43,154 nucleotides of DNA from Acaryochloridaceae cyanobacterium VAR_48_metabat_390 (lineage in GTDB: Bacteria > Cyanobacteriota > Cyanobacteriia > Thermosynechococcales > Thermosynechococcaceae): assembly GCA_031422435.1 (NCBI GenBank), contig JANPLU010000082.1:1-43154 (forward strand). The letters are read 5' to 3'. The notes under the pieces were generated by a model. The model searched no databases, was not told the origin of the DNA, and saw nothing but the letters and a program-made list of their open reading frames with translations. Position numbers and translations under genes: made by a program. This document shows positions 27,644-37,694 of this stretch, in pieces (position 1 is the stretch's first letter; every line of letters starts with the position of its first letter).

Positions 27644-28502
27644 CCTGGGCAGTCCGAATCTCTGGAAAGTATTGATGCATCAGTTCCTGACAATATTGAT
27701 GGGCTGTTTCCTCTAGAAAAGCTCGATCAATTTTAGACAGCAGATTAAATTTTTGAGTAGAATTTCTTACATTTTTATGAATATTTCTAGGAAGACTATT
27801 TTGAGGAATATTTATAAAATCTTCAACTTTAGACAAGTCCTGATCGAGATTTTGAGTCTTTATGATGAGAAGCCTATCTTTAGGTATGGTAGATATAACC
27901 TTTTGATTATGTTCAGCCCAATAGGAAAAGTATCCGTGTAGGGTATATAGGTAGTGATCTGAAAGTATCCTTTCTTCCTGAGTGTGCTGAAATTTATTTG
28001 CCTTAAAAATATGTTTATTGTATCGGATCCATTTTCTGTTCTGGAATTCTCTTCTATGGCCTAAGTCACGATAAATGGGAAGATAATGATTAATGAGAGA
28101 ATCTAACCATGAATAGCAGTCTCGTATTGTCAAAATAAATTTTGCATCTTCATATTCATTCAGCAGAATATCTAATAAAGGATAGTTAAGATGCGAAGTA
28201 TCCATCTCTAGGCCTAGTCTTCGGTCTCGATGTTTTAGATAATGGATCAGCGCATTCTGATGGCTCCTCCCTTCAAAAAAATCTAATATTTTTTCAAGGA
28301 GGAGACTCGCTTCTGGCTCATGTTTTGAGCGGTACTGCTGGCTAAAAATTGCCCCTATGGTCGTCGTCCCAGTCTTAGGCGCACCGACACAGTAAGCTCT
28401 AAACTTTAAATCTTTCGCTTTGAAAGTCCAAGGTGGCAAAGCATTTTGAAGTCTGGGGATGCCCCAGACAGCTACTTTATCAATTAACTCTGGGTAGTGC
28501 AT
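27606..28502 (-). CDS. PAPS-dependent sulfotransferase
   Basis: 5'-PSB loop VGAPKTGTTT and 3'-PB motif KFILTIRD-YSWLDS. Confidence 0.85.
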   Translation of the reverse strand: MHYPELIDKVAVWGIPRLQNALPPWTFKAKDLKFRAYCVGAPKTGTTTIGAIFSQQYRSKHEPEASLLLEKILDFFEGRSHQNALIHYLKHRDRRLGLEMDTSHLNYPLLDILLNEYEDAKFILTIRDCYSWLDSLINHYLPIYRDLGHRREFQNRKWIRYNKHIFKANKFQHTQEERILSDHYLYTLHGYFSYWAEHNQKVISTIPKDRLLIIKTQNLDQDLSKVEDFINIPQNSLPRNIHKNVRNSTQKFNLLSKIDRAFLEETAHQYCQELMHQYFPEIRTAQDAGIGSVCKDAS

Positions 28503-28516
28503 ACTTTAGAGGGCAG

Positions 28517-29821
28517 TTATTTACAACGCGATTGAACATCAAAAGCGGTTTTAGTTGGGTTATGCCACAGCGCATGAGCCAACACAACAAGGCATAGTAA
28601 AGTCCGAACGACATTCGCCAAAATTATGGCAAACGCAATGCCGTTAAGACCCCACAGGGGAATGCAGTAGAAACAGGCGATCGCCAATAGGCTAGCGGTA
28701 CAGATAAACAGCGGCACCTGGCTGCGAAAGTATCGAGCAGAGGTCATTGCGGTGCCTAAAAAGGATGCAACATAGTCTAAAGCCGCTGCGACCATAAGCC
28801 AAACCAGCAGGTCAGCATACTGGGCATACTCAGGCTTGTAGACTACCGTTAAGATTTGCGCTCCGGCAATCTGAGTAATGGCGATCGCCCCCAAACCCAG
28901 TCCAAGGGCAAGGCTAATGAGCTTGAGCAATAGGCTTGCAAATGCCCTACGGTTTCCCTCTGCATAGTATTTTGCCAGCCTGGGTGAGGCGGCTTGAGCC
29001 ATCGCTCCCTGGATAATAGAACCTACTAACATCAGGTAGGCGATTGCCGCAAAAATGCCGAGATCCCGAGGGCTAAGGTAATGCTCAATAAAATAGCGGG
29101 GAATGTTGGTATTGAGCGATACCAAAAACATTACAAACCCCAAGGGCAGCGTCAGCAAGATCAGCTTGCGCTGCGTCGGCCAATGATAGCGCGGAGACAG
29201 GTGCCGACGCGCATTACGCAAGCTACCCATCACACCCAGTCGGTGCACAGTCGGCAAGTCATAGCTAAACAGCAGTAATAGCCAAGCCAGCGTCAACCCA
29301 ATCATGCCCCCTAAAACTGTTTTTGAAATCACGACGCCCATCGACAGCATGACTAAAGACAGTAGTCCTTTCAAAATCAGAGAAATGGAGATAAAGTCCA
29401 TGCGCTCATGCTGCTGCGCTAGACCATAGCAAACATCGCTCACAGACTCAATGGCTTTAGCAAGCCCCATTAAAACTACCGCAAGGGCAATTGAAGGAGG
29501 GCTAAACAGCAGACCAGCCATCCCAATTAGCACCGCTAACGCAGCACCCGTTGAGGTTAACCGTAGCCCTAGGTAGTCATTAAAAGAGTATTGGGACTGG
29601 ACATCCGTTGCCTGTACAGATCGTAGCTGAAGATTGGTGAACATGAATACAGGAGCGGTCACCGCTAAGGCATAGGTAAACTCGCCAACCATTTCAGGAG
29701 TACCCAGTTTTGCTAGCACAATCAGCATTCCCCACTGGCAGGCCGAGTAAACAACATTGCCCGCCATCGTCCAGGAAAAATTTTGTAAAAGAGAAAAAGC
29801 AATCGGCGGCGGCGGCTTCAT
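28517..29821 (-). CDS. Wzx oligosaccharide flippase
   Basis: NFSW-GN-Y-CQW, about 12 TM segments, LNTNIPRYFI-LGIF; located in the EPS cluster. Confidence 0.9.
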   Translation of the reverse strand: MKPPPPIAFSLLQNFSWTMAGNVVYSACQWGMLIVLAKLGTPEMVGEFTYALAVTAPVFMFTNLQLRSVQATDVQSQYSFNDYLGLRLTSTGAALAVLIGMAGLLFSPPSIALAVVLMGLAKAIESVSDVCYGLAQQHERMDFISISLILKGLLSLVMLSMGVVISKTVLGGMIGLTLAWLLLLFSYDLPTVHRLGVMGSLRNARRHLSPRYHWPTQRKLILLTLPLGFVMFLVSLNTNIPRYFIEHYLSPRDLGIFAAIAYLMLVGSIIQGAMAQAASPRLAKYYAEGNRRAFASLLLKLISLALGLGLGAIAITQIAGAQILTVVYKPEYAQYADLLVWLMVAAALDYVASFLGTAMTSARYFRSQVPLFICTASLLAIACFYCIPLWGLNGIAFAIILANVVRTLLCLVVLAHALWHNPTKTAFDVQSRCK

Positions 29822-29824
29822 AAC

Positions 29825-32650
29825 CTAGTTTAAGCACTGGCTCTGCAGCAGCACTTCAGCCTGTTTTCCCTCAATCGGCCGCAAGAAGAAATATCCCTGA
29901 CCGTATTTGAACTTCAGGGTTTTTACTTGGGTAAGCTGCTCAGAAGACTCAATTCCTGTTGCAATCATGTCGAGTCCACAGGTTTCAGACAGGTGCACAG
30001 CCTTCTCAAAAAAGTCGAGGTTATCTAGCTCTTGAGACAGCTCATGAATCCGGGAGCGATCAATCTTAAACCCATCAAATACATGCACCCAGTCCATGAG
30101 AGGCGATAAGTGCGTCAATGGCGAAAGCCCAAAGTTATCGAGGAACAGCCGCACCCCAAGCCCCTTCATTTTTAAGAGCGTTGCGATCGCCCCCTCCGGA
30201 TGCTGAGCAACAAACTGTTCAGGAATCTCAAAACATAGCCGAGCCACATTGACTTGAGTGCTTTGAAAAATAGCGCTTAGGTTTGAAATAAAATCAGGAT
30301 GCAGAAGCTGAGACGTAGACCAGTTAACGCTAATAGTGAAGCTAGGGTGGAGATTAAGCGCTTCAAGCGTACACATCTGCACACAAACCTCACGCATTCC
30401 CCATAGACCAATAGCGTGAATGCGCTGCGTCTGATCTGCCGTTTTGATAAATTGGCTAGACGGCATCAGCCCGTGCCGTGGATGCTGCCAATGCAGAAGC
30501 GCCTCAAACCCCGTTACTACATACTCTTTCTGAAGCAGCAAGATGGGCTGATAGAGCACCTTAAAATCTCGAAGTACCTCAGCAGTAGAAAGCTCTTGCG
30601 CCAGTTTATGACCATCGATCAGACTTAAAGGTGGACTCAGCGGCATGGGGCGGCTTACATCTACCCGTCTTCTATGGCGCTTTGAGGGTTTAGTCTGGGC
30701 AAGATCAAGTGCCTGCTGCGTCGGAAAAATACTTGAAACAGAATCTGACTGGAACCCTGGGATCAAGCGCTTAACGCAAAAGCGAATCATAGCTTCGTTA
30801 TGATCTAACGCTGCCTTAAAGAGCGATCGCAGGCCCACCTCTAGATGGGGCGGTACTTGAGCATAGGCATCTTGAACCACAACCAAATTCTCGTTTGCCG
30901 TAGGCTCATAAAACTCATCGGCAAGAAATAGCTCTTCGTGGAGTTTTTCGCCAGGTCGTAGGCCAGTATAAACAATCTCAATCTCTGAATCCACCTCATA
31001 CCCAGACAGCCGAATTAGATCTTGAGCCAAGTCCACAATTTTAATGGGGTGGCCCATATTCAGCATAAAAATTTCGCCCCCCTGGCTCATCACCGTGGCC
31101 TGCAAAACCAGATGAACCGCCTCAGGAATCGTCATAAAATACCGTGTCACCTCAGGATGCGTAATCGTCACTGGTCCACCTCGCTCAATCTGGCCTTTCA
31201 AGGTGGGGACAACGCTTCCTCGGCTACCCAAAACATTCCCAAATCGCACCACGCAAAACTGCTTTTGCTTCTGCTGTGCCGCCTTGAGAACAATCAGCTC
31301 ACCCATCCGTTTGCTAGCCCCCATCAGGCTAGTCGGGTTTACCGCTTTGTCGGTTGAGATCATCACTAACTGGCTGATATTGTGCGCCAGCGCCACATCC
31401 ACCAAATTTTGGGTTCCCAAAACATTATTCATAATTGCTTCAGGTGGGTTTAGCTCCATCATCGGCACATGCTTATGCGCCGCCGCATGAAAAACCACTT
31501 CAGGCCTAAATCTCCGAAAGGCGTAGTCTAGACGAACATGATCTTTGAGATCTGCAATTAAAACGCTCAGGCGAATCGACAGGTGAGGCTGAGTCGTTTT
31601 CAGCACCTGCAGCACCTGGTTCAGCTCCTGCTGAATCAAGAACACAGAATTTTCGCCATGCCCCATCAGAATTAACTCTGCCGGATGGCACTGAAGCACC
31701 TGACGACAGATCTCACTACCAATAGACCCTCCCGCCCCCGTCACCAAAACCCGCCTAGACCGCAAATTCGGGGCAACGCCCTCTAAATCTGAGCAAATGG
31801 TGTCTCGGCGCAAAAGGTCTTCAATCTTGACGTCCCTCACGCTTCGGGGGTTAACGGTGCCGTTAATAATTTCATGAATGCTGGGTAGCGTGCTAGTCGC
31901 AATACCGTAACTTTGACACATCTGCACAATCTCACGAATGGCTGCTCCACCCGCCGAGGGAATCGCAATAATGACTCGTTTTATCTCAAGGCTCACCGCC
32001 AAATCAGGAAGCTGCGCACGAGAACCCCGTACCGAAATACCCCGAATCTTAAGGTCGAGCTTTTTAGGATCATCATCTACAAACGCGATTGGCTCTAGGG
32101 TAGAGCGTCCACCCTGTCGAATCGCCTCAACCAGAGCCACCCCAGCACTTCCTGCACCGTAGATAATCACCCGTTCACGAGCCTGTATTGAACGTCGCTG
32201 ATGCCGCGAATTTTCAAACGCTTTAACGCTAAAGCGCACTGCCCCAACGCCAATAAAGGTCAATAGCCCATCCAATAGAGGGAAAGACCGAGGCAGCAGA
32301 AAAATATCTGAAACGCTGAAAAGAGACATGACTGAGAGAATCATGCTCTCTAGCAAACTAATGGAAGCGCAGGCCGCAGCAATTTCGAGCAGATTTTCAG
32401 TACTCGCAAATCGCCAGCAGCCCCTATAGCACCCTAAGACAGCCAGACATACAATTTTTAAAAGTATGAATACAGACAGAGACAGAATAAGGCCATAAGC
32501 AAAACTTCTGATTAAAAGCCAGTCATCTAAGCGCAGCCACAGAGTCAAGAATGGCGTACAGGTAAATATACAAATATCGGCAATGAGAAAATTAAAATTT
32601 TTTAACTTTAAAGCGCTTTGACAAAGCTTAAGAAACATTGCTTTTAGCAT
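29825..32650 (-). CDS. CapD/PglF/WbpM-type UDP-N-acetylglucosamine 4,6-dehydratase fused to a degenerate EAL domain
   Basis: 4 TM segments, YGAGSAG, TGAGGSIGSE, HAAAHKHVP, STDKAVNP-MGASK, RFGNVLGSRGSV, GLRPGEKLHEEL; then YQPI...FEALLHW-HP...KIDR...GQGYFF. Confidence 0.93.
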   Translation of the reverse strand: MLKAMFLKLCQSALKLKNFNFLIADICIFTCTPFLTLWLRLDDWLLIRSFAYGLILSLSVFILLKIVCLAVLGCYRGCWRFASTENLLEIAAACASISLLESMILSVMSLFSVSDIFLLPRSFPLLDGLLTFIGVGAVRFSVKAFENSRHQRRSIQARERVIIYGAGSAGVALVEAIRQGGRSTLEPIAFVDDDPKKLDLKIRGISVRGSRAQLPDLAVSLEIKRVIIAIPSAGGAAIREIVQMCQSYGIATSTLPSIHEIINGTVNPRSVRDVKIEDLLRRDTICSDLEGVAPNLRSRRVLVTGAGGSIGSEICRQVLQCHPAELILMGHGENSVFLIQQELNQVLQVLKTTQPHLSIRLSVLIADLKDHVRLDYAFRRFRPEVVFHAAAHKHVPMMELNPPEAIMNNVLGTQNLVDVALAHNISQLVMISTDKAVNPTSLMGASKRMGELIVLKAAQQKQKQFCVVRFGNVLGSRGSVVPTLKGQIERGGPVTITHPEVTRYFMTIPEAVHLVLQATVMSQGGEIFMLNMGHPIKIVDLAQDLIRLSGYEVDSEIEIVYTGLRPGEKLHEELFLADEFYEPTANENLVVVQDAYAQVPPHLEVGLRSLFKAALDHNEAMIRFCVKRLIPGFQSDSVSSIFPTQQALDLAQTKPSKRHRRRVDVSRPMPLSPPLSLIDGHKLAQELSTAEVLRDFKVLYQPILLLQKEYVVTGFEALLHWQHPRHGLMPSSQFIKTADQTQRIHAIGLWGMREVCVQMCTLEALNLHPSFTISVNWSTSQLLHPDFISNLSAIFQSTQVNVARLCFEIPEQFVAQHPEGAIATLLKMKGLGVRLFLDNFGLSPLTHLSPLMDWVHVFDGFKIDRSRIHELSQELDNLDFFEKAVHLSETCGLDMIATGIESSEQLTQVKTLKFKYGQGYFFLRPIEGKQAEVLLQSQCLN

Positions 32651-33107
32651 AGAAACAAGACTCCTGTCTCATCATATTTCATTTTTTCTTGATGACAAGG
32701 TTTTGCTAGACAGCTTATTGAACCATAGCTGCAACTTCGGGGCTTGACAAAGTTCTATCTGTAAATTAAGAATAGGTTAACGCTGAAGACAAGTTCCTAA
32801 GTAATGTTCGCTGGCGACTTGAGAAAACGTAGAAGTTGTTTCTGTATAAGCGCGTGCTTACTTTTACTTAAGCTCAGTAGAAGCAAAGATTCATAGCCTA
32901 GGAAAATTCAACCATTGCTCGGGAAATTTCTGAGCCAGATTTTAATCTAGGGGCAAACAACCTTCAGATTCTAGATTTTGCTAAACAGCTACTTCTGCCG
33001 TCAAATTCGCAAATCTTAGCGCTAGGCCTTAACAATTTAAGGCTGTAAATCTACTAAAAGCCTAGGTCTCTCTAATTTATATGGGTAAGCTCATTGGTAT
33101 TTTTTAG

Positions 33108-33911
33108 ATGATAACTCTTTCAATTAAGCGAATTCAAAGTCTTCTGATCTTTGTTTTGATGGGTCTTTTTTTTGCCAGCTTGTTGAGCAACACCTACAAA
33201 TATCTGTTGGTCAGGGCAATAAATTTATCTTCCGTTGGCGATAGCCGAATTCGTGGTCTTGGAATTGCTCGTTGGTTTGACTTCGATGCCGAGAACAATA
33301 TACCAACCTATTACTCCGTTATTCTACTGTTTGGCAGCGCTGTAATTCTGGGAATCATTGCTGTCCAGCATGATCACCAAAATCGTTCCTTTGCACTGCA
33401 TTGGAAGGCTTTATCACTATTTTTCCTGCTGATGTCTTTAGATGAAGCCGTTGGATTTCATGAAAATTTGATTGAGCCGATGAAGGCAGTTTTACACCTG
33501 CGCGGCGTTTTTAGCTTCGTCTGGCTTATTCCAGCGCTATTTTTAGTATTGCTCATGGGGATTTACTACATTCCCTTTCTAAAATCTTTATCTCGCAAAA
33601 CTCGATCAGGGTTTCTGATCAGCGCCACAATATATTTCTTGGGTGTATTTGTGTTAGAAGCCATTGACGGCACCTACCTGAATTATTTTGGCACATCGAT
33701 CCAAACGGCAGGCGCAGGATGGTCCGGCATGACTTACGCAATTTTGACCTCTCTAGAGGAGTTGTGCGAGTTTTTAGGTGTCATCAGCTTTATTAGTGTG
33801 CTGCTACGGCATTTGAGAGAGTTGGGCAAAATTCAGCTCAGCTTTGCTGGAGACAAAGAGCCAGCTCGACGTTCATCTCACTTAGCCATGGATGCCTACA
33901 ATAAGCAGTAG
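33108..33911 (+). CDS. Hypothetical polytopic membrane protein divergent from the EPS locus
   Basis: About 6 TM segments; ENNIPTYYS, SLDE-x3-FHE, EELCE. Confidence 0.75.
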   Translation: MITLSIKRIQSLLIFVLMGLFFASLLSNTYKYLLVRAINLSSVGDSRIRGLGIARWFDFDAENNIPTYYSVILLFGSAVILGIIAVQHDHQNRSFALHWKALSLFFLLMSLDEAVGFHENLIEPMKAVLHLRGVFSFVWLIPALFLVLLMGIYYIPFLKSLSRKTRSGFLISATIYFLGVFVLEAIDGTYLNYFGTSIQTAGAGWSGMTYAILTSLEELCEFLGVISFISVLLRHLRELGKIQLSFAGDKEPARRSSHLAMDAYNKQ

Positions 33912-34133
33912 AAAGAGGCGATCGCATTTTTCCCCGTGAGTTCACAGATAGGCTTACAGCATGTATGCATGTATTTGCTGTTTTCGCAGAAGCACATCAG
34001 CTTCTGTCAGGAAATTAGCGTCCAGCCATACAATTTAGAGCGCTTCTAACAATAAGGGCTTAAAATTTTGTCAGAATAGAGTCAGGCTCCATGGGTCAAC
34101 GCTGAATTCATCATCGCCCTTTACAAAATCTGT

Positions 34134-35945
34134 ATGACTGAGGTTCCCGTTTCTCGCATTCGCAATTTTTCAATCATTGCCCATATTGACCACGGTAAGT
34201 CTACCCTGGCCGATCGCCTGCTCCAGGCAACGGGAACCGTTAGCTCACGGGATATGAAAGAACAGTTCCTCGACAACATGGAGCTAGAGCGCGAGCGCGG
34301 CATCACCATTAAGCTTCAGGCGGCGCGGATGAACTACACCGCCGCCGATGGACAAGCCTATGTCCTTAACCTAATCGACACGCCAGGACACGTTGACTTC
34401 ACTTATGAAGTTTCGCGCTCTCTTGCTGCCTGTGAAGGGGCGCTGCTGGTAGTAGATGCCTCCCAAGGGGTTGAGGCACAAACCCTTGCCAATGTCTATC
34501 TCGCCCTCGAAAACAATCTCGAAATTATCCCCGTCCTCAACAAAATTGACCTGCCTGGGGCAGAACCCGACCGCGTGGCGGGGGAAGTGGAGGAAATTAT
34601 TGGACTAGATTGCAGCGACGCGATTTTGGCCTCAGCGAAAGAGGGCATTGGCATTGCTGAGATTTTAGAGGCGATTGTCCAAAAGGTGCCGCCCCCTGCC
34701 GATACCGTAGACCAGCCCCTACGCGCCCTCATTTTTGACAGCTACTATGACCTGTATCGCGGCGTAGTAGTCTATTTTCGGGTCATGGATGGGAGTGTTA
34801 AACGGGGAGATCGCGTCCGTTTGATGGTCTCCGGCAAAGAATACGAAATTGATGAGCTGGGCGTATTAGCTCCCACCCAAAAGCCCGTAGACGAACTCCA
34901 CGCCGGAGAAGTGGGCTATTTTTCTGCCGCCATTAAAGCCGTTGCCGATGCCCGCGTGGGCGACACCATTACCCTTGCCGCCAAGCCCGCAGCAGAGCCA
35001 CTGCCAGGATACGTTGAAGCCAAGCCAATGGTCTTTTGCGGCATGTTCCCTATTGATGCGGCTCAGTTTCCTGAGCTGAGAGAGGCGCTAGAGCGACTCA
35101 GCCTCAATGATTCGGCGCTACGCTATGAACCCGAAACCTCTAGTGCGATGGGCTTTGGCTTCCGCTGTGGATTTTTGGGTCTACTGCACATGGAAATTGT
35201 GCAGGAGCGTCTAGAGCGAGAATACAACCTCGACCTTATTATTACCGCGCCCTCTGTGGTTTATCGCGTCACCAGCATTAAGGGTGAAGTAGAGCTAATC
35301 GACAACCCCAGCAAGCTTCCTGAACCTCAAGCCCGCGAAAAAATGGAGGAACCCTATGTCCAAGTGGACATGATTACCCCAGAAGAGTACGTGGGTTCTC
35401 TCATGGAGTTGGCGCAAAGCCGACGGGGAGAGTTTAAGGATATGAAGTATCTCACCCAGGGACGCACCACCGTCACCTATGAGCTGCCGCTAGCGGAAGT
35501 CGTGACGGACTTTTTTGACCAAATGAAATCGCGATCGCGCGGCTATGCCAGCATGGAATACCACATTATTGGCTACCGCGAAAATACGTTGGTAAAGATG
35601 GATATTTTGATTAATGGCGATCCGGTGGATGCTCTCGCGGCGATCGTGCATCGAGACAAAGCCTATTACATGGGTCGTGCTTTTGTCAGCAAGCTTAAGG
35701 AGCTGATACCGCGCCACCAGTTTAAGATCCCGATTCAGGCGTCGATTGGGTCTAAGGTGATTGCCAGCGAAAGTATTCCGGCATTGCGCAAAGACGTGCT
35801 AGCCAAGTGCTATGGCGGGGATATTTCCCGCAAGAAAAAGCTGCTAGAAAAGCAAAAGGCGGGGAAAAAACGGATGAAGTCTGTCGGGCGCGTGGATGTA
35901 CCCCAAGAGGCATTTATGGCGGTTCTGCGTCTGAAGGACGAATAG
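34134..35945 (+). CDS. lepA: Translation elongation factor 4
   Basis: [43 protein letters not shown]. Confidence 0.99.
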   Translation: MTEVPVSRIRNFSIIAHIDHGKSTLADRLLQATGTVSSRDMKEQFLDNMELERERGITIKLQAARMNYTAADGQAYVLNLIDTPGHVDFTYEVSRSLAACEGALLVVDASQGVEAQTLANVYLALENNLEIIPVLNKIDLPGAEPDRVAGEVEEIIGLDCSDAILASAKEGIGIAEILEAIVQKVPPPADTVDQPLRALIFDSYYDLYRGVVVYFRVMDGSVKRGDRVRLMVSGKEYEIDELGVLAPTQKPVDELHAGEVGYFSAAIKAVADARVGDTITLAAKPAAEPLPGYVEAKPMVFCGMFPIDAAQFPELREALERLSLNDSALRYEPETSSAMGFGFRCGFLGLLHMEIVQERLEREYNLDLIITAPSVVYRVTSIKGEVELIDNPSKLPEPQAREKMEEPYVQVDMITPEEYVGSLMELAQSRRGEFKDMKYLTQGRTTVTYELPLAEVVTDFFDQMKSRSRGYASMEYHIIGYRENTLVKMDILINGDPVDALAAIVHRDKAYYMGRAFVSKLKELIPRHQFKIPIQASIGSKVIASESIPALRKDVLAKCYGGDISRKKKLLEKQKAGKKRMKSVGRVDVPQEAFMAVLRLKDE

Positions 35946-35972
35946 AGCGTCAGGTACAAACAACGCTTTGCT

Positions 35973-36836
35973 TTAAATTCCTGATTGAATCAAGGCTTCG
36001 GTTAAGAGATTCAAAATACCTAGGGTATCTGCCCAGTCTGTGAGGTAGCTATAGTCTAGGTTATTGCACTGAACCTTTAAGACTCCCAGCACGTCGCGCC
36101 ACTGCTTCTCAGACTGACTGGCTTTTCCCCAAACTAGCTTTTGGAGAATAATATCTTCTGGAGACACAATCCAGAATTGTGATAGACCATCAACCGAAAT
36201 GATTTGCCTGCGGGTCATTTTGGATTGGTCAAAGGGGGTATTGGCTGCGATCGCAATATCTACATTACCCAATGTTTCGGTATGAATGACGTTTAGGATC
36301 TTACCCGTGCCCCGCTGAATGTCTTCAACAGCCCCAGCAGGGCAATAAAATCCCTGTTGCTCTAGCGCAGCGACAAGATGGGCGATCGCCACCACGTTAA
36401 TTTGCACCACTAAATCTAAATCTCTGGTCGTGCGCGGTTCGCCGTAGGCCGTACTCGCAACGCCACCCGTGACGTAATAGGGCATCGCCAGCGATTCAAA
36501 AATGCGGTGCATTTGGGCGGCGAGTTCAATAGAATCTTGAATCCACAACTGTTCATTTCCTCCAGCGGAAAGGCATTCTAGGGTAAATTTTTCGCCGAGC
36601 AGAACTTGGGCAAATCGCAGCTTTAGCATTTGATTTGCCATATCTGGATTTGCCCGTTTAATACCCCAAAGAGATAAAGACCTAGCCCCTCTCGTGAGTT
36701 TGGCAGTATGCGCCAGTCTTTTTGAATTTGACCATTGGCGCAGCAAACTAAATTGCAGCGCATCCGCGTCAATACTCGTGTCCTCTGCTTGAGGACGGTA
36801 GCCCTGTTTTACGGTGGCCTGAGGCATCGGGGGCAT
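35973..36836 (-). CDS. Nucleotidyltransferase-fold protein (DUF6036/AbiEii-like) with N-terminal helical extension
   Basis: YYVTGGVAS-YGEPRTTRDLD, SPEDIILQKL-W, SEKQWRD. Confidence 0.75.
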   Translation of the reverse strand: MPPMPQATVKQGYRPQAEDTSIDADALQFSLLRQWSNSKRLAHTAKLTRGARSLSLWGIKRANPDMANQMLKLRFAQVLLGEKFTLECLSAGGNEQLWIQDSIELAAQMHRIFESLAMPYYVTGGVASTAYGEPRTTRDLDLVVQINVVAIAHLVAALEQQGFYCPAGAVEDIQRGTGKILNVIHTETLGNVDIAIAANTPFDQSKMTRRQIISVDGLSQFWIVSPEDIILQKLVWGKASQSEKQWRDVLGVLKVQCNNLDYSYLTDWADTLGILNLLTEALIQSGI

Positions 36837-36874
36837 TGGGCGATCGCTCCATTGCGTACTGAACCCTACTCTAT

Positions 36875-37561
36875 CTAAGTACGCTTCAAAATACTTAGCC
36901 CGTGGCTATCAGTCCCGCAGGTTTTGAGTAGCCCGTAGGCGTGGCTGAGTTCCACCACCATTCGCGTTTGAGCAGGACTTGGCTGCCAAGGATCCAGATG
37001 ACCGTAGCAGTAATATGCCTCAACACCATCAATTCCAAGGCGCACGGCAGCAGTAATAAGTTCGGTCGGCTGTTTTTTGTACCGAACCGGATGCGCTAAA
37101 ACAACCAGCCCACCTGCATCTTGGATTGCTCGAATAACCTGAACCGCCTTTGCGGCTTCTCCGACAGGGGATTGCCCTTGTAGATAAGGCTTAAGAGCCA
37201 AGTGCTCAGGGTCAAATCCATATCCTAAGAGGTGAACTTCTATATCTAATAATTGTGCGGTGATTTCAACCCCAGACCACAGGTATGGAAAGGCTTGACT
37301 TTGGGTGTTCTGTAGATTCCAGCGATCTAACCAACGCTGTGCCGCTCTATACCCTGCCACCGTATGGTGATCGGTAATTGCTAGCCCCTCTAATCCATAG
37401 GAAACAGCCTGCTGCACCAATTCCTCTGGATGCATTTGACCATCGGAGTAAATGGTATGAAGGTGGAAATTATAGGTTAATGGACAACTGTCAGGCGTAA
37501 TCGACTGAAAGACTGATTTAAGAGACGTTACAGCTCCCTGCAAACCTGGATTCACAACCAT
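36875..37561 (-). CDS. PHP domain metal-dependent phosphoesterase
   Basis: HLHTIYSDG, AITDHH, GVEI, LAHP, GTDSHG. Confidence 0.93.
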   Translation of the reverse strand: MVVNPGLQGAVTSLKSVFQSITPDSCPLTYNFHLHTIYSDGQMHPEELVQQAVSYGLEGLAITDHHTVAGYRAAQRWLDRWNLQNTQSQAFPYLWSGVEITAQLLDIEVHLLGYGFDPEHLALKPYLQGQSPVGEAAKAVQVIRAIQDAGGLVVLAHPVRYKKQPTELITAAVRLGIDGVEAYYCYGHLDPWQPSPAQTRMVVELSHAYGLLKTCGTDSHGLSILKRT

Positions 37562-37694
37562 TGTGGCGCTGTCCTATGTAGTGCCCAACAAGATCCTAAT
37601 ATTATTTTTAGAATGCCGCTAGGATTCTAGCAACCTTATTGAGTGGTAGGACAGCCTGCCGCCATGACAATAGTGGATTAGCTCAAATCTAAGG

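Noticed and set aside
30640..30690. PilZ-like RxxxR in the CapD-EAL linker
   Set aside because: No properly spaced D/NxSxxG and no room for a PilZ barrel; noted only as a basic patch.
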